A DNA stretch of 64,000 nt from positions 233,306,001-233,370,000 of the forward strand of contig OZ024743.1 of assembly GCA_964016885.1 (NCBI GenBank), read 5' to 3'. The notes beneath the pieces are model-generated. The model did not search any database. It saw nothing but the letters and a program-made list of their open reading frames with translations, and was not told where the DNA came from. Both the position numbers and the translations under genes were made by a program. Shown one piece after another: positions 1 through 18,215 of this stretch. The stretch's first letter is position 1; each line of letters starts with the position of its first letter. This DNA comes from Eledone cirrhosa. Lineage: Eukaryota.

Positions 1-892
1 TCCCCGACACAAACCCGAACTGCATTTCATCTAGATCGATTCTCTCTCTGATTAGTTGCACTATTACTTTTTCCGTGACCTTCATGACCTGGTCGATTAA
101 TTTAATGCCTCTATAGTTACTCCTATCTAGGGCGTCTCCTTTACCCTTGTAACAGTTAATGATGATGCTGCTACCCCAGTCCTTCGGAACAACCCCATTC
201 TGTATGATTTGGTTTACTATCCGGGTGACCATGGTGTGTCCCACCGATCCAGATGCTTTCAGCATTTCAGCAACTATTTCCGAAGGCCCAGCCACCTTAC
301 CCGTCTTCATATCTTTGATTGCCTTACTTATACTACCTTCAACTAACACTGCTGGTCCCTCTATTGGATCGATCTGGGGGAGACTATCCTTCTCCCATTT
401 ATTCTCCTCATTTAGTAGCCTCTCGTAGTGACACTTCCAAGCGACCTTCTTATCAGCGTCAGTGATGGCGAGTACGCCATCATCATTTAGTACACACTTC
501 TCCCCGACAATATCACGGTTTTCCTTGACACATTGCCTAGCAATCCTGAACACCTCACGTTTTTGGTCCTCGCATTGTAGAACATGCTTGAACTTTCTTT
601 CCTCTGCTTCCCTTCTTGCGAAGTACACTTGTCTCCTAGCTTCCCTCCTGGCCACTTGATAGTCTTCTCTACTTCCCCCATCCCGCCATACTTTCCAAGC
701 CTGCTTTTTGGCCTTTATCGACTCCTCCACCTTACTGTTCCACCACCATGTTACTCTCCTCCTGCCTATAGGCCTGCTCCGGCCACAGACTTCGTCTGCC
801 GCCATCAGCAGGTTTGCTTTCAGGAATTCCCACTGTCCCTCTATATTGTCCGACTCTAAATGCTCTTCCTTACTGTCGAAAGCATCAAGTAA
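1..892 (-). mobile_element. RTE-clade LINE fragment (APE-RT linker and RT start), runs off window start
   Basis: Colinear with 4540-5432 of the larger RTE copy; reads MKTGK and EMQFGF on the minus strand. Confidence 0.9.
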
Positions 893-1443
893 TCATCATC
901 ATCATCATTTTACGTCCGCTTTTCCCTGCTTGCAAGGGTGGGACGGGTCTTATTCAGCACAGCATCTCTCCACTCGTCACGGTCCCTCGTCATCTTCACC
1001 GTGAGCTTCAATGATCTGAGGTCTGTTCTCACCACCTCCGCCCATGTTTTTCGTGGTCTACCTCTACCACGTCTTCCTTCAACAGGCATTTCCTGGCACT
1101 TCTTCACCCATCGGTCATCCTCCATGCGCATCACATGTCCATACCACTTCAGTCTCCTCTCCCGTACACTACATTCTATCCCTCTCAGACACAGTTTCTC
1201 TCTCAACACATTTATGCTGGGTCATTCACGCACAGTGACACTGCACATCCAACGGAGCATGCTTGCCTCATTTCCTCCAGCCGTCGCATATCCTCTGCGG
1301 TTGCTGCCCATGTCTCACTACCATGCAGCATCGCGCTCCTCACAGGCATCATACAACCGGCCTTTCGTACGCAGGGAGAAACCCTTCTTCGTCAACAGAG
1401 GAAGCAGCTCCCTAAACTTCTTCCAACCCGTCCTTATTCTAGA
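893..1443 (-). mobile_element. 5'-truncated RTE LINE 3' end with (ATG)n tail
   Basis: [16 protein letters not shown] and [12 protein letters not shown]...GRGRPRKTW motifs (ORFs 1318-1698 and 910-1209); (CAT)n at 893-908. Confidence 0.9.
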
Positions 1444-2860
<1,417 letters not shown>

Positions 2861-5800
2861 TCATCATCATCATCATCATCATCAACGTTTAACGTCCGTG
2901 TTCCACGCTTGCATGGGTTTGGACGGGGGTAGTCCCACTTGAGGCAAGAGTGATTGTCTTGCTCGCATAGGACTGTCTGGCAGGTTTTCTACAGTTGGAT
3001 GCCCTTCCTAACACCAACCACATTTACAGTGTGGGTCTGGGAGGTTTTTACCGTGTTGCCTACACGGCCACATTACAGCGTGGACTGTGTGTTTTTTTGT
3101 CGTGACACCTACACGATCTCATTTGTTTCGGCCCGGATGGCGCGGCACCAACATAACTTTACATAGGACGGGGTGGTGTGGATGGGGTGGGGGGTGGTGG
3201 GACGGGGTGTATTTTGTTAGAGATGCCTACTGGCAAGGCGGGTCTTCTCTGTTACTGAGTACCGCCAAAGGTCTCGGTCCAGTGACATTGTCTTGGAGAG
3301 GTGTAAGTGTGTGAGGTCGGAGTTTATCAGCTCGTCCCAGGTTTTTCTAGGTCTGCCTATTCCGTGGCTACCGTCTATCTTTATTGCCCTGCACTTTGTT
3401 ATACAGCTATCGTCCTTCATGCGCATCACGTGTCCATACCAACGTAGCCTTCTCTCGAGTAAACAACATCTGATCCCTCTTATCTCCAATTTTTTCCTTA
3501 GTTCGTTTATGCTTTGCCGTTCACGTATATTACTGTTACACATCCAGCGGAGCATGCAAGCTTCGTTCCTCTCTAGTCTGCGTATATCCTCTGCACACAA
3601 TGCCCAGGTCTCACTGCCATGCAACATTGCTGTTCGTATGCAGGCATCGTACAACCTGCCTTTCATTTTTAGGGAGAACCCTTTAGCAGCTAATAGTGGT
3701 ATAAGCTCTCTGAACTTTTTCCAACCAGTTCTGACTCTAGCTACAGTACTTTCAGAGCACCCTCCCCCACTGCTGATTTTATCGCCCAGGTAACGGAAGC
3801 TGTCCACTATTTCTATAGAACCCTCTGCGCAATTGAAAGAGCTAGTATTGTGTGGGCACTTGCTGCTACTTATTGCACCAGAACACCGGCCACATGTAAA
3901 ATCTATGTTCTTAGTTAGCTTACCTGTGATCCCACTACATCTTTTATGCACCCATACTTTGCATTTAGGACACAAAATGGAGTTTCTACCTACGCCTTTC
4001 CTACACACCGAGCACGACCATTTCCCAGAAGGGACCGCCGCCTTGTTTTCTTTCCTACAAACTAGAACTTTGGTCTTAGCCAGGTTAATTTTAAGTCCTT
4101 TTGACTCTAGGCCGTGCTTCCATGTTTGGAATTTCTTCTCTAGCTCGGCCATTGATTCCGCTATGAGTGTCAGGTCGTCTGCGTATAGGAGTTCCCATGG
4201 GCAGCCTGTCTTGAACTCCTCTGTTATAGCCTGAAGGGCAATAATAAATAGTAGGGGGCTGAGAACAGAGCCCTGATGGACGCCAACTTTTACGCTAAAC
4301 TCTTCACTATATTCGTTGTTAATTCTAACCTTGCTGACTGTTTCTTTATACATGGCTTGTATAGCCCTCACAAGCCATTCGTCAACGCCTAGTTTTCTAA
4401 GAGCCCACCAGATAATGGAGCGGGGGACTCTGTCGAAGGCTTTCTCCAAGTCGACAAAAGCTAAGTAGAGGGGTTTACCTTTAGCTAGGTACTTCTCCTG
4501 TAGTTGTCGTACTATGAAAAGAGCGTCTGTGGTACTTTTGCCTGACACAAACCCGAACTGCATTTCATCTAGGTCAATTCTCTCTCTGATTAGTTGCGCT
4601 ATTACTTTTTCTGTGACCTTCATGACCTGGTCGATTAATTTAATGCCTCTATAGTTACTCCTATCTAGGGCGTCTCCTTTACCCTTATAACAGTTAACGA
4701 TGATGCTGCTATGCCAGTCCTTCGGAACAACCCCATTCTGTACGACTTGGTTAACTATGCGGGTGACCATGGTGTGTCCCACCGTGCCAGATGCCTTCAG
4801 CATCTCAGCAACTATTTCCGAAGGCCCAGCCGCCTTACCTGTCTACATATCCTTGATTGCCTTACTTATTATACTCCCCTCGACTAACACTGCTGGTCCC
4901 TCTATTGGGTCGACATGGGGGAGACTGTCTTTCTCCCATTTATTCTCCTCATTTAGTAGCCTTTCATAGTGACACTTCCAAGCTGCCTTCTTATCAGTGT
5001 CGGTGATGGCAAGTATGCCATCATCGTTAAGTACACACTTCTCCCCGACAATATCACGGTTTTCCTTGACGCATTGCCTAGCAATCCTGAACACCTCACG
5101 TTTTTGGTCATCGCGTTGTAGGACATGCTTGAACTTTCTTTCCTCAGCTTCCCTTCTTGCTAAGTACACTTCTCTCCTAGCTTCCCTCCTGGCCACTTGA
5201 TAGTCTACTCTACTTCCCCCATCCCGCCATACTTTCCAAGCCTGCTTTTTGGCCTTAATTGACTCCTCCACCTTACTGTTCCACCACCATGTTACTCTCC
5301 TCCTGCCTACAGGCCTGCTCCAGCCACAGACTTCGTCTGTGGCCAACAGCAGGTTTGCTTTCAGAAATTCCCACTGTCCCTCTATATTGTCCGACTCTAA
5401 GTGTTCTTCCTTACTGTCGAAAGCATCAAGTAATATGTTTTGAAATTTATTTTTGGCTGTGGGGTCCTTTAGCTTCCATATTTTTCTCCTGAGGATAGTC
5501 CTCTTCTGCTGTCGAGTACGTCTCGACCTGACTATGAGGTCGCTAATTATCAGTCTATGTTGGGAGGTGCATTCTTCATGGGGGAGGGATTTAGTGTTTA
5601 CAACAGACACTCTGTCACGTCTTCTGGTAAGGATATAATCTACCTGGCTTGTGTGTTCCCCGGATCTATAGGTGATCAGGTGATTGTCACGTTTTTTGAA
5701 GTTAGTGTTACAGATAGTTAGGTTATTTGCATCACAGAATTCCAGGATTCTGGAGCCTTCTTCATTTCTAGTACCAAACCCATAGCCTCCATGGATTTCG

Positions 5801-6076
5801 TCGTAGCCGTCACAATGTTGCCCAACGTGACCATTTAGGTCGCCTGCAATAATTATATAGTCACTGTCAGATATTTGGGAGGTAGTGAGCATCAGTGTCT
5901 CATAGAATCTGTCTTTTATAGTGCCGGGCAGTCCGGATTGGGGTGCATACGCAGATATTACTGTCACCGTAGTTCTATTGAGGACAAGTCGTATTTTAAT
6001 TATTCTGTCGTTCACTCTATTTACGTCTATTATCTTATCCGCCCACTTTTCTGCTACCATGATCCTACATGATTCC
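2861..6076 (-). mobile_element. RTE-clade LINE, 5'-truncated in the APE endonuclease, (ATG)n tail
   Basis: APE motifs (SAYAPQ, GDLNGH, VDYIL, SQHRL), RT motifs (AFVDLEKAFD, HQGSVLSP, YADD, YLG), (CAT)n at 2861-2883. Confidence 0.95.
3217..6060 (-). pseudogene. RTE ORF (APE + RT + PHD-like Cys cluster) broken by one in-frame TAG at 4843-4845
   Basis: ORFs 4843-6060 and 3217-4803 share a frame; the paralog near 301-310 has AAG (Lys) at this codon. Confidence 0.9.
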
Positions 6077-9063
<2,987 letters not shown>

Positions 9064-10703
9064 AAAATTTCAGGTTATCAATAATGTAGTGATAATATAT
9101 CGTTACGTTAGAGATGAACAGCGTACGTGCAGGTTTGCTTAACGAGTATAAATTATATTCCGGAGAAATGTAGAAAGGATGAATATAAAATGAAAGTGCT
9201 TTTGTTAAAAAAGGAATTTATTAGGTATTGACATATGTTTCTGTAACAGACCGAATACCTATGTATCGCTGCTTGCGTAATCATATAATGTTAGCAAGTA
9301 TTCGATAGCAAATGTATAATCAGTTGTCACTTCTTCAGAGATTTTGGATAAACTGGATAAAATCAGAAAAATTGAAGTATTTATATTAGTAAAAGAGGAA
9401 GGAACAGAGGGGATAGAATATGACAGATGGTAAAATAATTTACTGCTAAACAAGTATATAATGGGTTTTTAATGAGAATATCATGAGTAAATCTAAATAA
9501 GAATTTTGGGGGTGCCGATTTTAATCTCTACTTGACCAACTGGACAGTGGACAGGGCTGGTCATTTGGTGCAGTAGTATTAATCATAAAGTGTCAATTGG
9601 GGAAGGGGGAGATTTCGATTGCTACTAAATAACATCAATGCTAGTGGTCAGCTGGTATTTGCACTAGGGAATTGAATCAAAAAATCAGAAATCTCATTTT
9701 ATCTATAGCAGTTTGTATTAAAAGGTAAATAATAGAAGAGTTGATAGAATTAAGACTAATAAAGAATGTTCATATCTATTTTGACAATCAAACGGGGATA
9801 GAGACAGGCGTTCAATCCTGGTAGTATTTATAATATGAAAATGTAGATTTTAAGCGATGGTTACAGTATAACGATCGCTCTATTCTGTTATTTAATAAAA
9901 TGTTTTTGGATTTCATAATACAAAATAATTCTACATTACATAATCTACAAAATTCCTGTCCATTGGATTATAGGGGGGGGGCAGTCGCTATTATATCCCA
10001 TTTTAGGTGAAATTGTTGGTTATTTTCACGCAGCTGCCAAGCCTTGTCTGCGAGTGTTGTTACATAACGCTGGTTTTCATGTTTTATCGAATAACGATGT
10101 CTATAAAGGCGTGATTTAAAGGAGGTGGCTGTAGATCCCACATAGTACCACTTCTGTCTATCCGATTCGATAGTACATTTGTATACGATGTTGCGTTCGA
10201 GACACTGGTTGTTCAACGGACACATTCCTGGTTGGACACAGTTGCAATTACAATTTTGCGTTGTTGTATTGCCATGGATGGGTTGATGAGGTTGCTTATG
10301 TAGAACAGGATGTTGTTTGTTGTTTTGTGATGTTATAGCTAATGTTTTACGTGTATTGTTATGTGTTGGAAGGCGTTTATACAACCGTTTTGCGTTAAGC
10401 ATTTTTATATGTTGTTCAATATTAGGGGCGGTTGAATATGAAAGTCGGATGGTGTTAGGGTTTAAGATTTTATTATATTTATGTGATGTTGGAAAGTGTT
10501 TTCTAACTAATCGAAAGAATTTTGAGGGTAGATTGGTTTTAATAGATTTGTTATAGACCGGGTTGTACCAGATATACTCCTTACATCGCCTTCTGTTTGG
10601 TGGTGTGCGACTATTATTGTGTCTATTGCGGTAGTGTATGTATGGTGGTGATTCTGTGCTATTTCTACTCCTATGTGATTTATTTTGGGTGTTTTGGTGA
10701 TCA
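9064..10703 (-). mobile_element. Penelope-like element 3' part (linker, GIY-YIG endonuclease, 3' region); possibly Naiad-type
   Basis: Open frame from the gap: IWYNPVY...KHFP...IRLSYS, CNC..CPL..QCL, IVYKC...YYVGST..FKSR...H, then a frameshifted CRLC..LLN..CNH; ends in (TA)n. Clade assignment is from recalled motifs. Confidence 0.85.
9225..9342 (-). ncRNA. Hammerhead-like motif in PLE 3' region (long stem II, weak stem I)
   Basis: CTGAAGA-agtgaca...tgttaca-GAAAC-ATAT-GTC followed by AATAAA on the minus strand. Confidence 0.55.
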
Positions 10704-10902
10704 NNNNNNNNNNNNNNNNNNNNNNNNNNNNNNNNNNNNNNNNNNNNNNNNNNNNNNNNNNNNNNNNNNNNNNNNNNNNNNNNNNNNNNNNNNNNNNNNN
10801 NNNNNNNNNNNNNNNNNNNNNNNNNNNNNNNNNNNNNNNNNNNNNNNNNNNNNNNNNNNNNNNNNNNNNNNNNNNNNNNNNNNNNNNNNNNNNNNNNNNN
10901 NN
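10704..10902. other. Assembly gap
   Basis: Run of N. Confidence 1.
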
Positions 10903-10950
10903 NTATATATAATATAATATATATATATTATATTATATAATATATATATT

Positions 10951-10982
<32 letters not shown>

Positions 10983-11743
10983 ATTATATATATAATATAT
11001 ATATTAATATATATAATATATTAAATATATATAATATATAATATAATATAATATATATATATAATATATATTAATATAATATATATAATATAATATATAT
11101 AATATAATATATATAATATAATATAATATATATAATATAATATATATAATATAATATAATATATATAATATAATATATATATATATATATAATATATATA
11201 TAATATAATATAATATAATATATATATATATAATATATATAAATATAATATATATATATATAATATATATAATATAATATATATAATATAATTATATATA
11301 TATATAATATAATTATATATAATATATATATATATATATAATATAATATATATAATATAATATATATAATATAATATATATATATAATATAATATATAAT
11401 ATAATATATATATATATAATATAATATATAATAATAATATATATATATAATATAATATTAATATAATATAATATATATATATAATATAATATATAATATA
11501 ATATATATATATATATATAATATATAAATTAATATATATAATAATATAAATATATAATATAATATATATAATATAATATATATAATATAATATAATATAA
11601 TATATATATATATATAATATAATATAATATAATATATAATATATATATATATAATATAATATATAATATAATATATAATAATATATATATATAATATAAT
11701 ATAAATAATATAATATATAATATATATATATAATATAATATAT

Positions 11744-11778
<35 letters not shown>

Positions 11779-12456
11779 ATATATATAATATATAATATAA
11801 TATATATAATATAATATATATATATATATATATATAATATATATATAATATATATAATATATAATATAATATATATATAATATATATATAATATATAAAT
11901 ATATAATATATAAATATATATATAATATATATATAATATATAAATATATAATATATAAATATATATATAATATATATATAATATATAAATATATATAATA
12001 TATATATATATATATAATATATAAATATATATATAATATATATATAATATATAAATATATATAATATATATATATAATAATATATATATAATATATATAT
12101 ATAATATATATATATATATTATATATAATATATATATATATATATAATATATATATATAATATATATATATATATATAATATATATATATAATATATAAT
12201 ATATATATATAATATATATAATATATATATATAATATATATATAATATATATATATAATATATATATATAATATATATATATATATAATATAATATATAT
12301 ATAATATATATAATATATATATATAATATATATATAATATTTATATAATATATATATAATATTTATATAATATATATATAATATATATATAATATATATA
12401 TAATATATATATAATATATATATAATATATATATAATATATATATAATATATATAT

Positions 12457-12487
<31 letters not shown>

Positions 12488-12660
12488 ATATATATATATA
12501 AATATATAATATATATATATAATATATATATATAAATATACAATATATATATATAAATATACAATATATATATATAAATATACAATATATATATATAATA
12601 TATATATATAATATATAGATATAATATATAGATATAATATATATATAATATATATATAAA
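10903..12660. repeat. Degenerate (TA)n/(TAA) low-complexity array
   Basis: Directly visible. Confidence 0.95.
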
Positions 12661-12765
12661 TAATAGTTTCTACTTTAGGCACAAGGGCAGCAAATAACAG
12701 CACATTACTGGTACTTTATTTTATCGACCCCGTAATGATGAAAGGCAAAGTTAACCTCGGCGGGA
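12661..12765 (-). mobile_element. tRNA-SINE fragment (family A)
   Basis: Reverse complement of the gccgaggttaactttgcctttcat...gtcgataaaataaagtaccag core seen many times in the window. Confidence 0.75.
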
Positions 12766-13698
12766 TAATACACACACACACATTGTATATGTGTCTATTT
12801 TTACAACCATTTACAAGCATTTACACACATAAATTCCGTCCTTAAGACAATCACGCATGAACATATATAAAAGTCATACATGCACCATGCAGATAACACT
12901 GAAGACAAATACAGTTATATAGTATGGTGGGGGTGCAATTGATTGAATATTTCAAGTGTTACATCTATCGTTATATGTGTGCATGTATACGCACACAGAT
13001 GGTACTAAACCAAATCATATACATACGAATATTGTGCTTACATTCATACATACATATTCAATACCGATTCATAAAACCACACTTATCTCAGCTATTATAA
13101 TAATTACGTGATCTCTTTTTCTCTCTCACACACACACATTTTACAAAGCACATCAATACACTGAGTACAGCATATTATTATGATTTATATTACATATCTT
13201 AGGCATATACCATTAGTCATAGAAACATACGCAATACAAACAACATTCCTAATGGTATAAATCTTATTCGACTATTTGATTAATTTTTATTGCTACTGAT
13301 CATCTTTAATTTTCTCGGATTTTACTGTTTTATTTCATATATAAATGCTAAATCACATACATATTCTCGGATAAATGTATGTATATAAATAGATGTGTAT
13401 GATGTGCGTGTTTATTACGAAACTGTGCCGCAGAGAGAATTGGCAAATGGTGATAGTAGTACTATTATAATAACTACTACTACTACTATTATTAATAAAT
13501 CAACACTTATTTCAGGCAGTAAACTACTTACCACTACAACTAGTTATAGTACTACAACTGTTTTATTATACAATAATAACGTTACTAACCCATTCCCCCA
13601 AGCAGAGACCTTGATCCTAATAAATAAATAACATTATTATGACGACTAATTCAAACACAGACATTTACACAGTACTACAATTGCAAGGGAGCTGTTAC

Positions 13699-13873
13699 CT
13701 GGTCTTTCAACACGCTTGAAATAGTAGCCAAACAAAATCCCAAATCATCTATTGTCGAAAAATTAAAAAAACACTGTGATAAACTGTTACAATAAAAGAG
13801 CGATGGGCATAGCTGGAATGTCTCTATATGTCTGCTGGACTGGTGATGATTTGGAGCTACACAACGACAATTA
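13699..13873 (-). CDS. Candidate internal exon of an unidentified host gene
   Basis: tttttctag acceptor, CAG|GTAACA donor, open frame in phase with candidate exon 17629-17753. Confidence 0.35.
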
Positions 13874-13918
13874 CTAGAAAAAGTAGATAATACTAATTTC
13901 ACTAAACCCATAATCACT

Positions 13919-14870
13919 GAGGTTGACTTTACCTTTCATTCTTGAAAGATGGATAAAATAAACTGCCAATCATATAGTGGAGTCAATTTAATCGACATTC
14001 CCCTCTCCAAAAATTGTTGGCCGTGTGCCTTAATTAGAAATCATTAATATTAACGTCCTGCATATGTACTAAGTTCAAATCTAGCCGACGAGGCTAACTG
14101 CCCTTCATACATACTGGGTTGATATAATCGACTGTCACCTCCCTCAGAACATGTCTGGCTTGTACTTATATGCGGGCCCTTGTGGTCAATAAAGAAATTA
14201 TCATTATCATATGCTTTGCAGCATAGAGTTATGGTCCTTTACGTTTTGAGTTCAATACCCGCCGAGGTTAACTTTGCCTTTTGCCTTTCATCCTTACGAG
14301 GTCGATAAAATAAAGTACCAGTAATGCACTAGGATAAATGCTGGCCTTGTGCCAAAAGTAGAAACAATTATTATTATATTAGCATAATCAGTAGCGTTGG
14401 ACAAAATGCCTTGTGGTATTTATAGTTAGAACCCTTTCCGTTCAAAGTTAAAATTGCGGCGAGGTCAACTTTGACTGTCATCATTGGGGGGGGGGGGGGA
14501 TAAAATAAAGTACCAGTCAAATATTCAGACCGATTTAATCGACTAACCTCTCCTCCCAATATTCTGGTCTCGTACCTAGAAACTTGTATTATTATTATTA
14601 CATACATTGGCGTTGCCCTTGTGGTAATTAAGGACATTACTACTACTACTACTACTACCGCCACTATCACTCGAACCACTGAAAGCCGTTACCTCCGCCC
14701 AATACTAACACCACTACTGATAGAGTGACGACGAAATGGCAGAGTAGTTAAACCGTAGGCCAAAATCCCTTGCACTATTTCTTCCCGTTCTCTGTGTTCT
14801 GAGTTCAAATCTCGCCGAGGTCAACTTGGCCATTCATCCTTTCGATGACAAAATAAAGTACCAAGCCAGG
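13919..14870 (+). mobile_element. Cluster of about five family A SINE copies/fragments
   Basis: Repeated gagttcaaat..gccgaggt..ctttcatcc..ataaaataaagtacca core near 13920, 14070, 14250, 14440 and 14800. Confidence 0.75.
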
Positions 14871-16140
14871 ATAATAGATTAGGGCAACTGTTAGAACGTC
14901 AGTGAAGATGCCTTGAGGTAATCGTTCAAGGTAGTGCGAGTTCAAATTCGGTCGTGTCCTACATGGATGCTTAACTTCATCAGTTGCCCGGTTTAAGACC
15001 CTGTGGTGCCTTTAGTGGAGTTCACCCAGTTGCAAATATTTCATGGGTCATTTGGAGCTCATGAAAAGGGTCATGGGAAGAGCTTTCTTCCCTCACAAAA
15101 AAAAATATCCACCGCTATACAATCACCATCACAGATACCAACCAATATCGCCATCGTCACAGATGATACCATCCAATACCATACAACTATCGCCCAATAC
15201 CACTTAAGTCAATGAGCGAGATTCTTTGTAGTCGCTCGACCAGCTAGAAGTAGCAGTCAAGCTTCCCCCATACTCCACTGTCTAAATATACAATATATAA
15301 TGTATTTCGAGTCTCCTCCCAAGAAGACGATATGGTCATAACTGGAATGCATTTGATCATAGGCATACACAACCAGGGCTAACCTCGGGTTGAACAACAA
15401 CACTTACCAAATATCACTGAGTTTGTGATGCGGTTTAGATTCCGATTGGCAACCATTTAACTTCATTCACATGGTTAAATGTTTTCTAAGAGAGGCATGA
15501 ACGTCACACAATCACATTTCCCTGTAACATCTCTCATAAATCTGAGACCTTATCTCCATATATATGAATCATTATTATTATAGTCTAGCAGGTGATTATC
15601 ATCATCACTAACTACTATTACTTCTACTATTATGATAATTAAGCTAAGAGAAGACCGAGGTGCTATTTCAATCTGAGGTTTAGGCCGAGGCAGTTCATTT
15701 CTGCCATTTAATGTCCTTGGGAAAAGCATGAACGTCACCACACAAAATAAATTACACCTGTGTTCAGCTTAGAAAAGAATTTGTGAGAAATAGTCATTAT
15801 TAATATGAGCATCAACATTATTATATATAGGAAACGGTTTCACTTAAGTTGAAGTTAATGCCCAAGAGAAACACAAACATCACTACCACACCCATTTTTC
15901 TTTTAAGGATTGTAGAACAACGTTGAGATGCAAGCCAATATACGATACCAAAATGATTATATACATATATATATATATATGCAAATATCCTCATTATACA
16001 GCATGTAAATGAATAGATATATGCATGTACGTCAATACTCATCTTTTTCCATTTCTCCGAGGGTTCTTAACCCCACTATCAGGCTAAATAATTTCTTTAA
16101 TTTCTTTAGTCAAAATACGGCGATAGCTTACATTTATAAT

Positions 16141-16175
<35 letters not shown>

Positions 16176-16534
16176 CACACACACAGTACATACATCACTA
16201 TGTATCGTATAAATATACAATATTATATAATTAATTCTCCGGGCATATATAAAATTGCTTACCATAATTATATATACATTTACAGTATATTGATATATTA
16301 TAGTGGCATATACATATATTAGAAAAATATATAAATCTTTAGATATATATAGAATAAATTTATACTACAATAGTTACACTACATTGTATGTATGTATATA
16401 TATATATATATAGAGAGAGGGGGGGGGGGGGGTTAATAAATTTATACCATATTTATATTTACATATTCTATATATATACACATAGATTGATAAATACAGA
16501 GAGGGGGGAGGGGGATAAATCTATACCATATTTA

Positions 16535-16604
<70 letters not shown>

Positions 16605-17628
16605 ACGGTGCCCCGGTATGGCCCTGGGTCTAATGACTGAAATCAGTACAAGAATAGATGTCATCCCATCTGTTTACAAGTTCGTTTGTATAATTATGCA
16701 TTACAAATTGATAGAATTGTGGCAAGTCAAGAAATTATTAGGAATAATACATATTATTATTATTATTAAACATGACCTAGATAGATAATACAACAAACAT
16801 TGACACACAACCTAGACACAAACTGTGAACGAGAAATAAAAATACAAACGAAAATAAGTAGTTTTGTATCTTTTCATAACAAGCATCTTATTTGCTTCTT
16901 CCCATTTTATGTTTATAGATATGTATGTATGTTAAATACATATATGTGTGTGCGTATATATAACTAGATATGTGTGTATGCGTTAGCCGTGTGCTGAAAG
17001 AAAAATAAGCCTAGCCCCACCATGTACACTAAATATAGGTGTGTATACAAATACATATGTATTCGTTTGCGTAATTTAACATATATTTTAATCTTGAACA
17101 ATATATATATATATATATACATAGTCTCATAAGAGACGGGTTCAATCGGTACAACGGCCCGGGGCCCAGACAACCAAAAGAGACCATGAATAACTAACAT
17201 CCACGGGACCCTATGAGCAATCTTCTTTTGCCTAGTAAAATTCCTTTCGGAGCCTCTGTATATATAGTAATTAAATCAACTGAGGTTGATGTCTGTATAC
17301 ATAAATTCATTCATATATATATACATATATATATATTTATATATATACACACACAGAGTAAATGAGACGTCTCTTTTAATATGCGTATATTATATAATAC
17401 ACATACATATGCATGTATAAATATATATATAATACACAAGAATATATACATTCGTCTACGAATATTCGTATATATTGAATCTATATGTATGCATGCAATG
17501 AATATATGCACAACATACATGTACCTAAACAGACACTAACGTACGTCAAATATGCAATTATATTTGTACATTCATACATAAAACACATGTATAATAGACA
17601 AAAATATGCAGTAATGATGTTCATCTAC

Positions 17629-17753
17629 CTTTTAGCATTAGCTTCTGCTCCGAACAATTCATGGAAGGTAGAACTAAGAAGGTCTGCTTGTAGAAATGTG
17701 TGTATTTGGTTACGTGTTTGTGGTAAGATTTGAACAGCTGTCGCCATCTTCAT
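17629..17753 (-). CDS. Candidate first coding exon of an unidentified host gene
   Basis: ATGAAGATGGCG start, 41 open codons, AAG|GTAGAT donor; unique sequence among repeats. Confidence 0.35.
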
Positions 17754-18166
17754 TGAGCTGCTGCTGCTGCTGCTACTACTACTACTATTACCACTACTAT
17801 TGCTATTACAACTAAGCAAAAAGCACAAAATGAGCCAGCACTTGCCACCCCGCTGATTTCTGTTGCTACTACTATTAGTATTACTAGGCGCTTACTAGTA
17901 GTACTTGATGCGTGTGTGTTGTATTATATACATTTCACAGAGAGAAAGGGGATGGAACTGTTGTAGTAGTAATAGTATTTATTTATATATATATATATTC
18001 TGTGCGTAAAATGACAGTAGCGGTTGTATATAAGATAAATGTGTAAGCATATATACACACATTTATACATGTTTGTGTACTGGTGGTTTATGTGTTGCGT
18101 TATCTATGAACATTCAGTCGCATATTTGTATATGTATGTATACACACACGTACGTATGTATGTATG

Positions 18167-18215
<49 letters not shown>

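Noticed and set aside
4843-4845. Programmed readthrough between RTE APE and RT
   Set aside because: The paralogous copy has AAG here, so it is a nonsense mutation or base error
9259-9453. ORF/exon candidate SEEVTTDY
   Set aside because: Overlaps the PLE hammerhead motif and is out of phase with the upstream candidate exon
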